Source of the DNA: Octopus sinensis
Lineage: Eukaryota
Direction: 5' to 3'
Assembly: GCF_006345805.1 (NCBI RefSeq)
Contig: NC_043009.1
Span: 54,436,001-54,500,000 of the forward strand
Length of the DNA stretch: 64,000 nt
The notes under the pieces were generated by a model. That model did not search any database. It saw only the letters and a list, made by a program, of their open reading frames with translations, and was not told where the DNA came from. This document shows positions 1-14,386 of the stretch, piece after piece. Position numbers and translations under genes: made by a program. How positions within the stretch are numbered: the first letter of the stretch is position 1; the number at the start of each line of letters is the position of its first letter.

Positions 1-134
1 GTCTATGGACATTGTAGTAAGCTGTGAGTATATAAAATGAATAAAGGTGTGCATGCACATTGTAAAGTATTGTATGTGTATGAGCAAAATGAATTTTCTT
101 ATGTGTCTGTGTGTGCTTCTATTCATGGAGGTAG

Positions 135-430
135 CTACGACAACTCGATTTCCTGATTAAATTCATAGAGTCGTGTTGCTTTGAGATGGAATATTATCTG
201 ATTTTTTTGCATCAAACCAAAGATAACGGACGGCTTCTGTGTAAGGCAATGCCGAAAGTGGAGAGGGAGAGAGAGGTAGGTTCGGCTAAGCTGAAATTGC
301 GAACGACTGGAGACCGGATCTCGTTCATTCGTATGGTTCAAGATGTTCAGGAAAGCAATCCTGCTTGTATCCATCTAGTGTGGCTTACATAGCATTTTTC
401 TCATTTAATGCATCAAGTGAGGGCCTTGAA
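135..430 (-). mobile_element. Penelope-like element GIY-YIG endonuclease C-terminal remnant (frameshifted)
   Basis: Minus-strand hand translation across frameshifts: CIK*EKCYVSHTR...FPEHL...RMNEIRSPVVRNFS...LSTFGIALHR...QIIFHLKATRLYEFNQEIELS*. This resembles the PLE pattern YVGxT..R..EH....HF....E...I..L.T..P.G.N. Confidence 0.5.
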
Positions 431-1631
431 GGTGAATGTTGAACACCTCGAGATAAGGACAAGTGATAAGGGAGTTTTCATTGGATGAGCACTGCAGCTT
501 CTAGCGTTTCTACGAAATACAAATGCTAAGCATGCCATATAGATAACGATTTAAATCTAGAGCTGCTTCTTCTACATAATTTGAATTTTATTCAGATGAG
601 CCAGTTAGTTGTTTCTTCCCTGTGTCTATATAATTCCAATTGGCCAGGATGGATTCCTGTTGGAAGTAGCGCGAGTGCTTGGCATTGACAAGTCGCACAT
701 GTTCAAATGCATATCCTGACATTCTTGCAGTCGCTTTGGAGGCGATTTCGTTTCGTCTGGCTTTGAAGTATATTGTTTTTAACGTAATATATCTATAAAG
801 GTATCCGTTCCCAGACGAACGTTGTAACTTCTGTCGTTTCTATGGTATAAATACATTAAATATGACATATGCAGTATATGGGGGTGCACGCATGCGCATA
901 TATGTGTGTGTGTGTGTGTATTTATGTATTAATGAATGGAAAGAAAACAGGAGTCACGTAATCACATTCATTAACTTACAGCTGTTTCTGCTATAGGAAG
1001 CTGTGCTGTCAGAGCAGGGTGTTTGTACAAATCTTTTTCATGGCTCCGAGGAAGCTATAGCATATTGCACAAGCAATCACCTCTGAATGCATTGCTCTTC
1101 ATAACAGGGGTAGTTATGAGCTAAAACAAATAATTATTTGATTCCTGCTCTCTTGTTATTCATTAATTAATATTACAGTCTGTACAGACCTAATGCGTTG
1201 CTCTAAACTATAGGTATATTGTGCTCTAACTACTGGTTAGTGGCGTCGCTGAGCCTTACCGAAATCATGCATGTGTGTGTTTATATCAACCCCTACAAAA
1301 TTCCTATTTGGCTGAATCACCCTCTTCGAGAAATACACAATCACATCTTCTCCTTGTCTTATCCCTTTGTTACCAGTCTTTCCTAGTTTATCAATTTCAT
1401 TTAGTTTCTCAAACTCGATCATTCTTTATTCTCAACATTTGGATGTGGGCATTAATAAAAATTATATTTACTGATTGTAGGACACCTGATAGTAAGGTTA
1501 ATACCAATAAATCAATTGTTTGTATTTTCTTAGAATCTTCTCTGTTGAGTTTTTACATATTTGCAAATTAAACGGACTGCTCGCGAAGATGATTTCGATT
1601 GAAACCATCTGCAAGTCATGCCGATATAACT

Positions 1632-1930
1632 GACACTCCGACGGCTACGACGACGCGGGTTCCAGTTGAACTGATCGTCAAAACAGCCTGCTCGAGAAAT
1701 TAGCGCACAAGTGGCTGAGCACTTCACGAACACGCGTACCGATATTCACAGGAGATTGAGCGTCACAAACAACATGACATGGGTGACCTTTTAAAATGCA
1801 GGTACAACTCATTATTGCCAGGTGAATGATTTGACTGGGGCTACGGGAAATTAAGTGTTTTCTTCAAGGAAACAACACGTCACCAGGTGCCGAACCCACA
1901 ATCTCACAATTGCGGGTCGAAAATCTTATG
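1632..1930 (-). mobile_element. tRNA-derived SINE (group A), diverged copy
   Basis: Reverse complement matches the 3' body of the SINE at 13546 (GTGCTCAGCCACTTG...CAGGCTGT...GGAACCC.CGTCGTCGTA.CCG.CGGAGTG), with a B-box-like GGTTCGGCACC. Confidence 0.8.
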
Positions 1931-2133
1931 AATCCATACGTATATACATATATATTTGCGTGTGACAGCTTACACACGTATATACACACACATGTATAAA
2001 TTTGTTTGTAAGAGTTTAGATGTGTGTGTATGTATGTATATATATGTGTGTGTGTATACACACACATATTTGTATGTGAAAATTATATTTATATATACGT
2101 ATATATGTGTATATATATATATATATATATAAG

Positions 2134-2185
<52 letters not shown>

Positions 2186-2544
2186 TGTGTGTATATGTGT
2201 GTATAGAAGAAAAAAAACACGCCGCATTCATTATTAGTTCAAGACTTCATGATTTATTTATTTTTGCCATTTCTTATATCATTTCTTTCGAGGTAAGCTC
2301 TTTAACGAAATAATAAATCAAGAGAGAATAATTTATTGCTTCAGCAACGAGTTTTTTTTTTGTCTTTTTTTTACGGATCAAAAATAAGTTAGACATAAAT
2401 ATCGTTAAGAGACTTCAATTTGTACCTTCATATCGTTAGCTTTATTATGTCTTTATTGTAATGGAGTCCTATTCTTGTCTTATATAAAGCTATACTCAAA
2501 TTCATATTTATTTATCTGTAGTTTATGCATGAATATAGATAATA

Positions 2545-2765
2545 GATCGATCCCGGTCAGAATGGCCAACGATGAGGTTTCAGTTGCTACATCAACTAAA
2601 CGTCCAAGGTCAGTGAATTTGGGAATTCCAGGGGTAACTCTAATGCTATTGCTATTCCCAGTCGAATGCAGCGTGAAACACTGCCAAAATCCCGTTTCTT
2701 TCAGTTACAGGTACAATATATCATCTTTGGCCTCTGCACAGTTCTAGTCCACCCAATTTCCCAAG
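2545..2765 (-). mobile_element. Old diverged SINE 3' body related to group A
   Basis: Reverse complement shares TGTACCTGTA, CACGCTG and CAACTG.AACC.CATCGT with the group A tail. Confidence 0.35.
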
Positions 2766-2837
2766 GAAAGAATATATATATGGAGAGAGGGAGACAGATA
2801 GACAGAGAGAGAGACAAACAAACTGTCAGATAGATAT

Positions 2838-3525
<688 letters not shown>

Positions 3526-4030
3526 AGACAGAGAGATGACTTAGAGAGATGGGTGGATGAACGGCAGATAGATAGTAGGCTGGATTAATGGATCGGTGGA
3601 TTAACGGATCAGTTGACAGATGTATCGGGCGATTTATCAAGTGATAGATATAATTTGATAGATAATCACATTGATGATAAATATGTAGACACACAAATAT
3701 GTATATACAGAGCTACACGAATACAGTAATAGTTATACAGATGGATAAACCTGGAAATACATGAGAAATTATCTCAGAAAAGTTTACATTAGAGAAGCAA
3801 AGTCTTTATAGAAACTATTTTCTACTTTTAACATTTCTTCTAAAGACTTTCAATGAGATGGATCTTGTGAGTCATCTTTTTATTTAGTATTTGCCTCGCC
3901 TCTTCCATCATCAATCCCCTGTTACCTTTGTTGTTCTTAGTATTGTCGTTTTCATATTGTTTATTTGCATGATTATTATTTATTATCATTTTTGCTATTA
4001 TTATAAGTTACACTATACACACACACACAC

Positions 4031-4073
<43 letters not shown>

Positions 4074-4325
4074 TATATAGAAATATACATATATATACTT
4101 TATACATATATATGCTTGTAAACTACATAAACATGCGTATGATATACATATATCATACGTATATATATGTGCGAATGTGTGTGTCCATATATATATACAC
4201 ACACACATACACACATAGAGACATACATGCATCATACGTATATATATATATAATATATATAATATATATATATATGTATGTATATATATATGTATATAGA
4301 TATATATGTGCGAATATGTGTGTCC

Positions 4326-4380
<55 letters not shown>

Positions 4381-4800
4381 GAGAGAGACAGAGAGAGAGA
4401 GAGAGAAAGAGAATGAGACATGCATACATACGTATATGTTTCTACGGCAAACTATAAAGAACGGAACACATGCCACATTCAATATTAGTTGGAGATTTAT
4501 TTTACCATTTCCCTCTATGATTTCTTTGCTAGAACCTCTTCGAAGTAAAAAATAAATCAAGCGATCTGGATTTTATTGCTTCCAGAAGAAAATTCATTGG
4601 AAAAGAAATGGAGCCAAAATACACTTAAAGTTAAGTCAATTCAAATTTTTATCCTCGGATTCTTGAAATTTTTTCATATGTTTACAATGGCATGTCTATT
4701 TTTTTGTGCATTTTGTTATACACATATTACAATGCTTACATGATATACCCTTTTTTATGTGAGTGTACATATATTTATATATATATATATATATATACAC

Positions 4801-4880
<80 letters not shown>

Positions 4881-5008
4881 ACGTACTTACAGTCAAGCGT
4901 ACATGTAGCTCTACATACATCGATATTTAAGCATTCGCACACATACATACGTACACAAACACAAATACATACAAATCTCTATAAATATAAACGCATGTTC
5001 TTACATAT

Positions 5009-5057
<49 letters not shown>

Positions 5058-5441
5058 TGTGTGTGTGCGTGATATCGTTATGTGTACAATGAGCAGTGAG
5101 AACTTTTGTTAGAATCATTAGTCCGTGGTTCTTCTGGCTGACAAGACAAAACAATTTCGAGACATCGAATGGCCCACAGTTCTTTACGCTAATGAATCAA
5201 TCGTGTTATGAAAATAATTTGTTGTAAAGCAAATATTCTTCGGTGATGGAACTCAACATTGATCACCATATACGCACGCGTTTGTTTCTGGCCTGCAACT
5301 ATCTTGCTTCAAGTTCGATGAATTTCAATTTGTCAAGTGATTTCTAATATCGACTGAGTTTGACATATATATATGTGAGTGTAATTTTATGATAGGAACA
5401 GCAGAAAAATTATTTGTATATACACAACGTATACATCAGGG

Positions 5442-6236
<795 letters not shown>

Positions 6237-6257
6237 TTATTATTATTATTATTATTA

Positions 6258-6315
<58 letters not shown>

Positions 6316-6317
6316 CA

Positions 6318-6411
<94 letters not shown>

Positions 6412-6436
6412 CATCATTATTATTATTATTATTATT

Positions 6437-6536
6437 CAGTGGTTTTATTTTTATAGCGTGCTTTCACTTCACTACCGAGCGCAGCTCTGTGTGCCTTGGG
6501 TATGTGCTGTGATTTGTTATGATGCTCTGATGGTTA
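6437..6536 (-). mobile_element. Solo 3' UTR of the same R4/Dong-like element
   Basis: Near-identical to 5691-5790 (4 substitutions by eye) and flanked by (TAA)n on both sides. Confidence 0.9.
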
Positions 6537-6586
6537 TTATTATTATATTATTATTATTATTATTATTATTATCATTATTATTATTA

Positions 6587-6649
<63 letters not shown>

Positions 6650-6736
6650 CATCATCAGCAGCAGCAGCAGCAGCATTATTATTATTATATTATTATTATT
6701 ATTATTATATTATTATTATTATTATTGTTATTATTA

Positions 6737-6779
<43 letters not shown>

Positions 6780-6896
6780 CATTATGCCATTGCAATCGTG
6801 AGGTGTGTAGAACATTAATTATAAAATATAACAGCATAAATATCTACATAAATACGTATACATATAGACACATACGCGTGCGCGTGCGTTAACGAT

Positions 6897-7342
6897 TATT
6901 TGTTTCAATCACAGGACTACAGCTATGCTGCAGCAATTCCTCGAATTGTTTTAGTCGAATAAATCAACTCCCACCACCGTACTTACGTTTCTTCTTCATT
7001 TTGGTCTTTATTTTATAGGATTTTTTTGCTGCACTGCTATGCTACGGGAATGGAAGCCAACGAACCTTGGCTGTTAAGTTGCAGTGGTGAGAAACATGGA
7101 CACAAAGACACACAGATACAAACACACACACACATACATACATATACCGTCATGTTGAATCGTTAGCCCCTACACGCAATTTTCTTCTCTCCTTGTTTCT
7201 TTTCTGTGTATCTTTCTGTCGAAGAGCGTAGGCTCGAAACGTAAAAGACTTGTTTTATTTCTATTCCTGAGCGCCATACTAATACATTATTTGTTTGTAC
7301 TCCACTTGCCTTCGTCTTTTGTTTATTTTCATAAACTTCCCG

Positions 7343-7422
<80 letters not shown>

Positions 7423-7520
7423 GATGAGCTTCCTCACGTTTTCCGTCTACGAATGTCACTCACAACGCATTGGTCAATTCGGGGCTATCGTAGAAGACAT
7501 TTGGCCACGATGCCACGCAG
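6897..7520 (-). mobile_element. Diverged tRNA-derived SINE (group C), interrupted at ~7145-7345
   Basis: Matches the 3' body (TGTTTCA.TCA...GTCGAAT.AATC.AC) and the 5' part (TTCCGTCTAC...GGGCTAT.GTAGAAGACA) of the copies at 18515 and 57337. Confidence 0.7.
7211..7248 (+). ncRNA. Minimal type I hammerhead-ribozyme-like motif (Penelope-type), variant core
   Basis: TCTTT-CTGTCGA-A-GAGC(GTAG)GCTC-GAAAC-GTA-AAAGA. Stem I TCTTT/AAAGA, stem II GAGC/GCTC, palindromic ACGT stem III, GUA site. Core is CUGUCGA instead of CUGANGA. Confidence 0.6.
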
Positions 7521-7916
7521 CTTTATTTTATATTCTCAGATTTTTATAAAGAAAAATGAACAAAAGCGGACAGATATTATGCAAATGGACACGAGAGAGA
7601 ATATCTGAGACATCGAGAAATAGAGAGTGGTACAGTATGAGAGACACACATGAAGAACGTGAGAGAATGAGAGAATTAGAGACATAGATGGAAGGCAGTA
7701 GAAATGGTTATGATAATATTTATAGAGTTATAGAGCGAGAGAGAGGGGGAGAAAGAGAGAGGGGATGACGGTGATTAATGGAACTATTGTCCATGTGGAG
7801 TCATTAATCCATTCTCGAACTTCGTACAAAATTTTAAAAAATGCACTAATAATATCGATTTGCCCTTCTTTAGGGAACTCAAATTGGCAATGATAGACGA
7901 CATACAGATTTTCTAC

Positions 7917-8035
7917 CGGCATGGCTGCGTGATTAAGAAGCTCGCCATTCAACCAAGTTGTTTCGGATTCAGTTCCACGACAAGGCAAATTTCTTCTATT
8001 CTAACCCCGAATCGAACAATGCCTTCAGAATATAT
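7917..8035 (+). mobile_element. Group C SINE 5' fragment
   Basis: GGCATGGCTGCGTGATTAAGAAGCTCGC...GGATTCAGTTCCAC...GGCAAAT.TCTTCTA matches the group C head. Confidence 0.6.
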
Positions 8036-8039
8036 TTTT

Positions 8040-9700
8040 GAAACCATCTCATGTGGAAGCTCCATTCTTTGTAAGATATTTCTCAAAACATTGATCACTC
8101 TTTTAGTAGATCCATCCTTAACTTGATGACTTTTGAGCAACTAAAAATGCATCAACATGTATATCAACCAAAATACATCATGAACAGATCCGTTATCCAA
8201 ATGTGCTTGTGGTTATGGCTTACTTCAGGTGTACGGTAACTTTTGGAAAGGATTTAACTTGGCAGCATTTACGGCAGTCTTATACATAATTTTCAACATC
8301 AGTACAATATCCTAACCAGCATGGTCTTAATTGCTGTAGTTCCACAACGTACGTCATTCTATACAGCTTTTATGAATATATATCGCGACACCACGCGAAC
8401 AACAACGGCGCCCTGTTGCAAACAAGTTCACTATCAACAATGAATCTTTGTCTCATCGCTTTATAGGGTCCCTCACTTAATGTCCAATTATTCTATCTAT
8501 TTGTTTTGATTCAGTTAATAATCTTAGACAAAATCACATCATTCTTCATCCTTGCTTGTAATTCAGTACATCTGTCCCCACTGTGAATAAATGGTGTCAC
8601 CATAGTCCTTTCATCTGCATCACATTGATCTTCATTCTATTTAGATGAAGTATCAACATAGGGAATTTGGATTGCAGTATACAAATAATATCTAAGTCAA
8701 AGTCAGTTAATTTGATTGCTCAACGTAATAATCGAATACATGTTACTTTAAGCATTTTAGTATTTAACATGAACTTGAAAAGTTTAGGGATAATTCTCAA
8801 GGAAAATGTTAATCTTAATAAAGTGTCGAACTTGTTGCGTAGTCTATACAATTGCCACTTCAACATTAAAAAATTACTTGCAGTTTCAGACAGAACTTAT
8901 TATAAGTATAAGACCGGATGCCGCTCCGGAGACAGCACACCAGATGTTGAGTGCTGACCAGCATCTGAAGTGACTACGACCTCTTTTGGTGTATCATATA
9001 TATGTATAACGAGCGATTCTGCTAAATCTTTCTTTAATGTTTCAATTATATCGTTGTGTTCCGTTTGCCATTGAAATAACCCGGACTCCTTTCTTCCTAG
9101 GTTTGAAAATCCCCTGACTTTTTCAGAACATGCTTAAATAATTAAACTGTAAAATGCTGTCATTCCCCAAAATGTCTCTTACTCTCAAAGATTTTTATTT
9201 ATAATATCTACTTTACTGACGGATCGTCTGGTTGACTATACATTTTTGCATATCTTACAAATTATGAAAGTCAATTCTTCTACCCGAAACACACTCTTCA
9301 TTTCATTTCCGGCCATAGAAGTCAGATTTTTGTAAAATCGCTTCTACATTTTTCTCCAAGTCATAAGCGGTGTGACCACCGATGCAAGTGCCATATTGAT
9401 ATATATTATTATACCAATCACAAATCCTAGTACATTTTCAACGCTAAGTTGAGATGTCCTGCTTATTTTTATATCGTATGGTAGATATATCCAAAGCGAT
9501 AATACAAGAGCAGTATTCACTGTTATTTCATGAGCGTCATCAGAAATTTAGAATTGAATGTATGCTAGTTTCCAAATAAATCAATGTTTGTAAAATATTT
9601 TGTACCTTCAAGACTCAATATTTGATGTTAGCTAAGAGTCAAAACGTATGTCAGGATTACTTCATTTTCATTGTCAGCACGAAGACGTACATAATTATAC
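8040..9700 (-). mobile_element. Decayed Ty3/Gypsy LTR retrotransposon pol (RT-RNase H-integrase order)
   Basis: Minus-strand fragments with stops and frameshifts. RT: LEGTKYFTNIDL..AYIQ...YLPYDI...CVFRVEELTF. RNase H: YDTPKEVVVTSDAG...GVLSPERHPVLY..VLSE and RLLR*AIKLTDFD..IPYVD. Integrase: WLGYCTDVENYV*DCRKC, VDAF, VKDGSTKRVINVLRNILQRMELPHEMVS. No LTRs identified. Confidence 0.8.
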
Positions 9701-9775
9701 GAACTACAATCAAATTCAACTCTTTTGATTTAATTGCTATGTCCCATGTCCTTTAATTTCGCTACAAGGAATCAA

Positions 9776-10060
9776 TCTTATATATATAAATGGCAATTTC
9801 TGTCTGTTTGTTACCAGTGGACCACTGTTTGTTACCAGTGGACCAATATTCACGAAACTTTGCCGACATGTTACACTAACATCCACTTCAATAATAGGCT
9901 AATTGTATTTCAATAAAAATGTATAATGTGCCCCTCAGGAAAGTTGGGTGAATTATATGATAAAATGAGAAGGGTTCAAAAAGTATTAGTCGGAGGGAAA
10001 CGCAGTAGCAGAGTATCACGGAAGGCAAGAACGGCGTTACGTAAGCGACAAATATTGCCT
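9776..10060 (+). mobile_element. Possible non-autonomous Helitron 5' fragment
   Basis: A|TCTTATATATATAAA...TGTCTGTTTG start, like the Helitron at 21218. Contains a short internal tandem duplication (CTGTTTGTTACCAGTGGACCA x2). No 3' hairpin or CTAG found. Confidence 0.35.
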
Positions 10061-10382
10061 TCAATAGGATGGTAACATTAATACAGCAGTCATATACACG
10101 CGACGCTGCATGTATACTTTCGTAAATACACAGATACAACACACACACATACACACATACACGCTCACACACACACACACACACACACACAGAATGGTGG
10201 GCGTGTGGAATAAGTAACTTTAAGGAGAGAGGAAATAGGTGGCTTTTCTGATGTCCATCGCAAAGAAAGACTTACACAAACACACACTCATACATATATA
10301 TATACATACATGCGTACGTGCTTGCATACAAATGTACATACATACATACATACATACATACATACATACATACATACATACA

Positions 10383-10413
<31 letters not shown>

Positions 10414-11300
10414 GTCTACTATACACCATTTTAAACTCGTGATTATCTGTATGTACGTCTGTAAGTGTGTGTCTGTGTGTTTGTGTATATGTGTGACGTC
10501 CTATCACTGTCTGTCTCTACTTTTGTAGGGTCATCCTTGTTGGTGTTACATATTGTGAGATTTTGAAATTACGCCAACATTTTCAAATTTGGTATATCGA
10601 AATAACTTTCCACATTTTGTTATATATTTGTTCCAGAAAAATTGCAGGAAAATGTTACTGAGGTTTAAAGTGTAATCAATTTTACTTAATCAGTAAACAA
10701 GGTTTGGAAGCTGGAATTTTTTCCATGATACCTGCGTAATAGCTGTCTATCACAAAGTGAAAGTAAAATCATTTAAAGGAGGAATTTTTATTAAGCAAAC
10801 CAAAGGAAAGCATTACGATGACCAAAACTGTAAGAACATCCGACGTTTTAATGAATAAATGGTCGAACAAACAAGTAAATAGTTTAAAAAAGAAAGATAT
10901 CCTCAACAATGCTGTTTTGCGAAAAATAGCACAAGCCTGTCCTGATCGAAAGGTCTATCTGTTGGAGAAGGCATGGTGGGACATGGAACAAACGAAAATT
11001 TATATAAGACATTTTATTATACAAAATGCCTGATGCCTGCTTTCCGTCAGCAATAGACTTTTAAATTTTCCCAATTGCTCGATTATCAAGAAGATTCAAT
11101 CAGCTTTGGAGCCTGTATTTCAAGTATCCATATTAGGAGAGCCACTAGGTTCAAGACGTCCCACGGGATGATGATGATAACATCGCTGCTTCTGTCTACA
11201 CTGCAACATTCCATAGCATGAAGGAGGTAATTAACTGTCACTGCTGCTTCCAATTTGTTCGGTGGTGGCAAAAATTTAAGCTTGCAATAAATAGGATTAC

Positions 11301-11340
<40 letters not shown>

Positions 11341-12214
11341 ACATATGAGTGTGTGTATGTATATAGGTATGTACATATGTGAGTGAGTGGCAGGAAATCA
11401 ATTGGTATGTTACTCCATTATCACTCGGTGTTTCGAGCACGTAATGTCTATGGTGTAACTAGTCAAGAAATATTTTCAAAATGTATATCATTCATCATAT
11501 CTATAAATTCACACTCATATCCTACATACGCGAACTTGCGAGTAAAAGTGAAGCGAATCCCCAGCTGATGACAAATAGGTTCTTTCCCCAATATTCTTAT
11601 GTATATGTGTATGTGTGTACGTGTGCGTGCGTGTATGTGCGTGCGTGTGGGTGTGTGTGGTGTGTTGTGTGTGTGTGTGCGTGTGTGTGTGTGTTGTGTG
11701 TGTGTGTGTGTGTGTGAGTGTGTGTGTGTGTGTGCTATTAATGTGCTTAACTTTACATTTTGCATAGTGTGTTAATGTTATTTCTACTCAATTTTCATTA
11801 CTTATATATCCATTAGTTAAAGCATTACCATGACCAAGTGTATACCAATCAATCGAGAAATAATTTGCATTGATAAAAACAAACAATACACACAATTTAT
11901 ATGTTTGTTTGCCTTTTTTCTTATAAATATGCATGTGTTGATGTCGACTTCCGATGGATTTACATAAGTTCACATAGACAGATTTTTCTGATAGTGACAC
12001 TATATATGTTTTTTTTATATGAAATTTACAATGAAGTACTACATCAAGGTACACTAGTTTTTTTTTTTATTTTCGCAGAGACGAAAATGTCTTTCTCCGT
12101 TTATATTGATAATAAACTAGTCTAAATTTCATATCATTCTCATCTTGTCTCTATATTTTCTACATATCTAGTATTGGCATTATTGAAGAAAACCTGTTAA
12201 TATACTCCCTTCAG

Positions 12215-12425
12215 TGGCAGCGAGCTGGTAGAATCGGTGGCACGTCGGGCAACATGCTTTTTTTCATTCCGCTCTTCTTTCTGAGTTCAAATTCTGCTAG
12301 AGTCGACTTTGCCTTTCATTCTTTTGAGATCAATAAAATTAGGACCAGTTAATTACAGGGGTCGATATAATCAACTTCCAACCTTCTCCAAAACTGTCTT
12401 GTACCGAAACTTTGAAACCAATATA
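12215..12425 (+). mobile_element. tRNA-derived SINE (group B, MetaSINE-like central domain)
   Basis: GGCAGCGAGCTGGTAGAATCG...GAGTTCAAATTC...GTCGACTTTGCCTTTCAT...GGGTCGAT. Confidence 0.8.
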
Positions 12426-13545
12426 GTTGTTTCTTCATCGGATGGAAGGTTTTAAAGCTTTTCTTTACTGTCAAAAATGTACGGAATTTTAACTTGCGAG
12501 TAACAGATAGTGTTCATGCATGAGCTAGGCATTGAATCGTACTCTTTTATACTTGATTTTAACTGAAAAGCCTGGGATACGATTTTTATACGGAGTAAGG
12601 CTAAAAGTTTGAAGGGAACACATTTTGCACCGGGACTTAACACTAAATTATGAGTGCGGCTTACACCCGATTAAATACTTGTGTACTTCAGGTGTGTAGG
12701 CGATTGTCATAAGCATTTGCCATTGAAGAAGTACTTCATTCCATACCTTCTTAAGACATATGTACCTATCTATATTAGTGTGTATTTGATGGACCTGTGG
12801 ATATTACAACTAAATTTCCTCAAATATGATAGCCTAGTGTTCTATTAAATAAAGGAGATTGGGTACATTTTATTGCAAGAAACAATCTGGAAAATAAATA
12901 GGAGATGGTGAAGCTTAGAGTAACATGGGCCATATATCATTGGCTGAAACAGAACTTACCAGGAATATTGTGTAGATTCTCTCAAATAATCTAGTAACCT
13001 AGAAGTGCTTGATTTTGACTTGCGAGTAACAGATAGTGCTGATGCAAAAGCTTTCCATTGAATCCTTGATTTTGCTGTACTTGAAAACGGTTCGAATATG
13101 CCTAGCTGAAATAGCTCACGCACCAAAGATTTCGCAGCAATAGCTTACGAGAAGTCCCTTATATAAAGCTTCAGTAATAGATTCTTAATTGTGTATATGA
13201 GATCGTTTCATAAAAACAATTCTCGTCAATGGGCTTCTTCTTAACGAATGAATGTTTATTAATGATTATATGAAATAGTTAATAATTCATTTGTTCTTTG
13301 TTTACGCTATATCTAAAAAAGTTTGTATTAATTCCACTACAATTCAACAAATGATTATTTTGCTCGTTTAGTTAATTAAATTACCATTATCTAAAGAAGA
13401 TTAACTCAAAGTGTAGTCCACTACTGATAAACCGGTTACAAACAATCATTCGCCGGGAAATTTTAAAAGAAAAGCATTAAGTTATTATAATTAGAAAAGT
13501 TATTTGCTGAATACGTTGTTGACTACTTTGCTAAGACTCCTCGCT

Positions 13546-13937
13546 CGTGGAGGCGCAATGGCCCAGTGGTTAGGGCAGCGGACTCGCGGTCGGAGGATCG
13601 CGGTTTCGATTCCCAGACCGGGCATTGTGAGTGTTTATTGAGCGAAAACACCTAAAGCCCCACGAGGCTCCGGCAGCGGATGGTGGTGAACCCTGCTGTA
13701 CTCTTTCACCACAACTTTCTCTCGCTCTTTCTTCCTGTTTCTCTTGTACCTGTATTTCAAAGGACCAGCCTTGTTACAATCTGTGTCACGCTGAATCTCC
13801 ACGAGAACTACGTTAGTGGTACACGTGTCTGTGGAGTGCTCAGCCACTTGCACGTTAATATCACGTGTAAGCTGTTCCGTTGATCGTATCAGCTGGGACC
13901 CTCATCGTCGCAACCGACGGAGTGCTCCTACTCCTAC
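13546..13937 (+). mobile_element. Full-length tRNA-derived SINE (group A) with 13-bp TSD
   Basis: A box TGGCCCAGTGG, B box GGTTTCGATTCC. TSD AAGACTCCTCGCT (13533-13545) / AAGACTCATCGCT (13938-13950). (CTCCTA)2 tail. Confidence 0.9.
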
Positions 13938-14386
13938 AAGACTCATCGCTGTTTTACAACTGTTTAGCTTGTGTATGACTGCAGACACGCAAGCACAGTA
14001 AAAAGAAATATATACATTCCAATCTAGTCCCTAATTTTTAATGTAACATAGCCAAATGAACGCTAAAACATATATAAACAATCCTTAAAGTGCATTCAAA
14101 TACACCAGAAGATTTTTTAAAATAGCATCAACACGAATGCCAACGATAGTAAAGTAAATATACATGGATAAATAAATGAATAGTAATTGAAAAGTTTTTC
14201 AATAACAAGAAAGACAATCGAAATCTTACTAATGTAATCACAAATTTTAAATATATATTAAAACAAATTTCTAATCTCGAAAGACTTAATATTGCATAAG
14301 TAAATAACAAAGAATATGAAGAATTAAATCGTAATCATAAAGCTAACGTATCAGAACTTGGGGTTAAACAACTGTAATAACAACAT

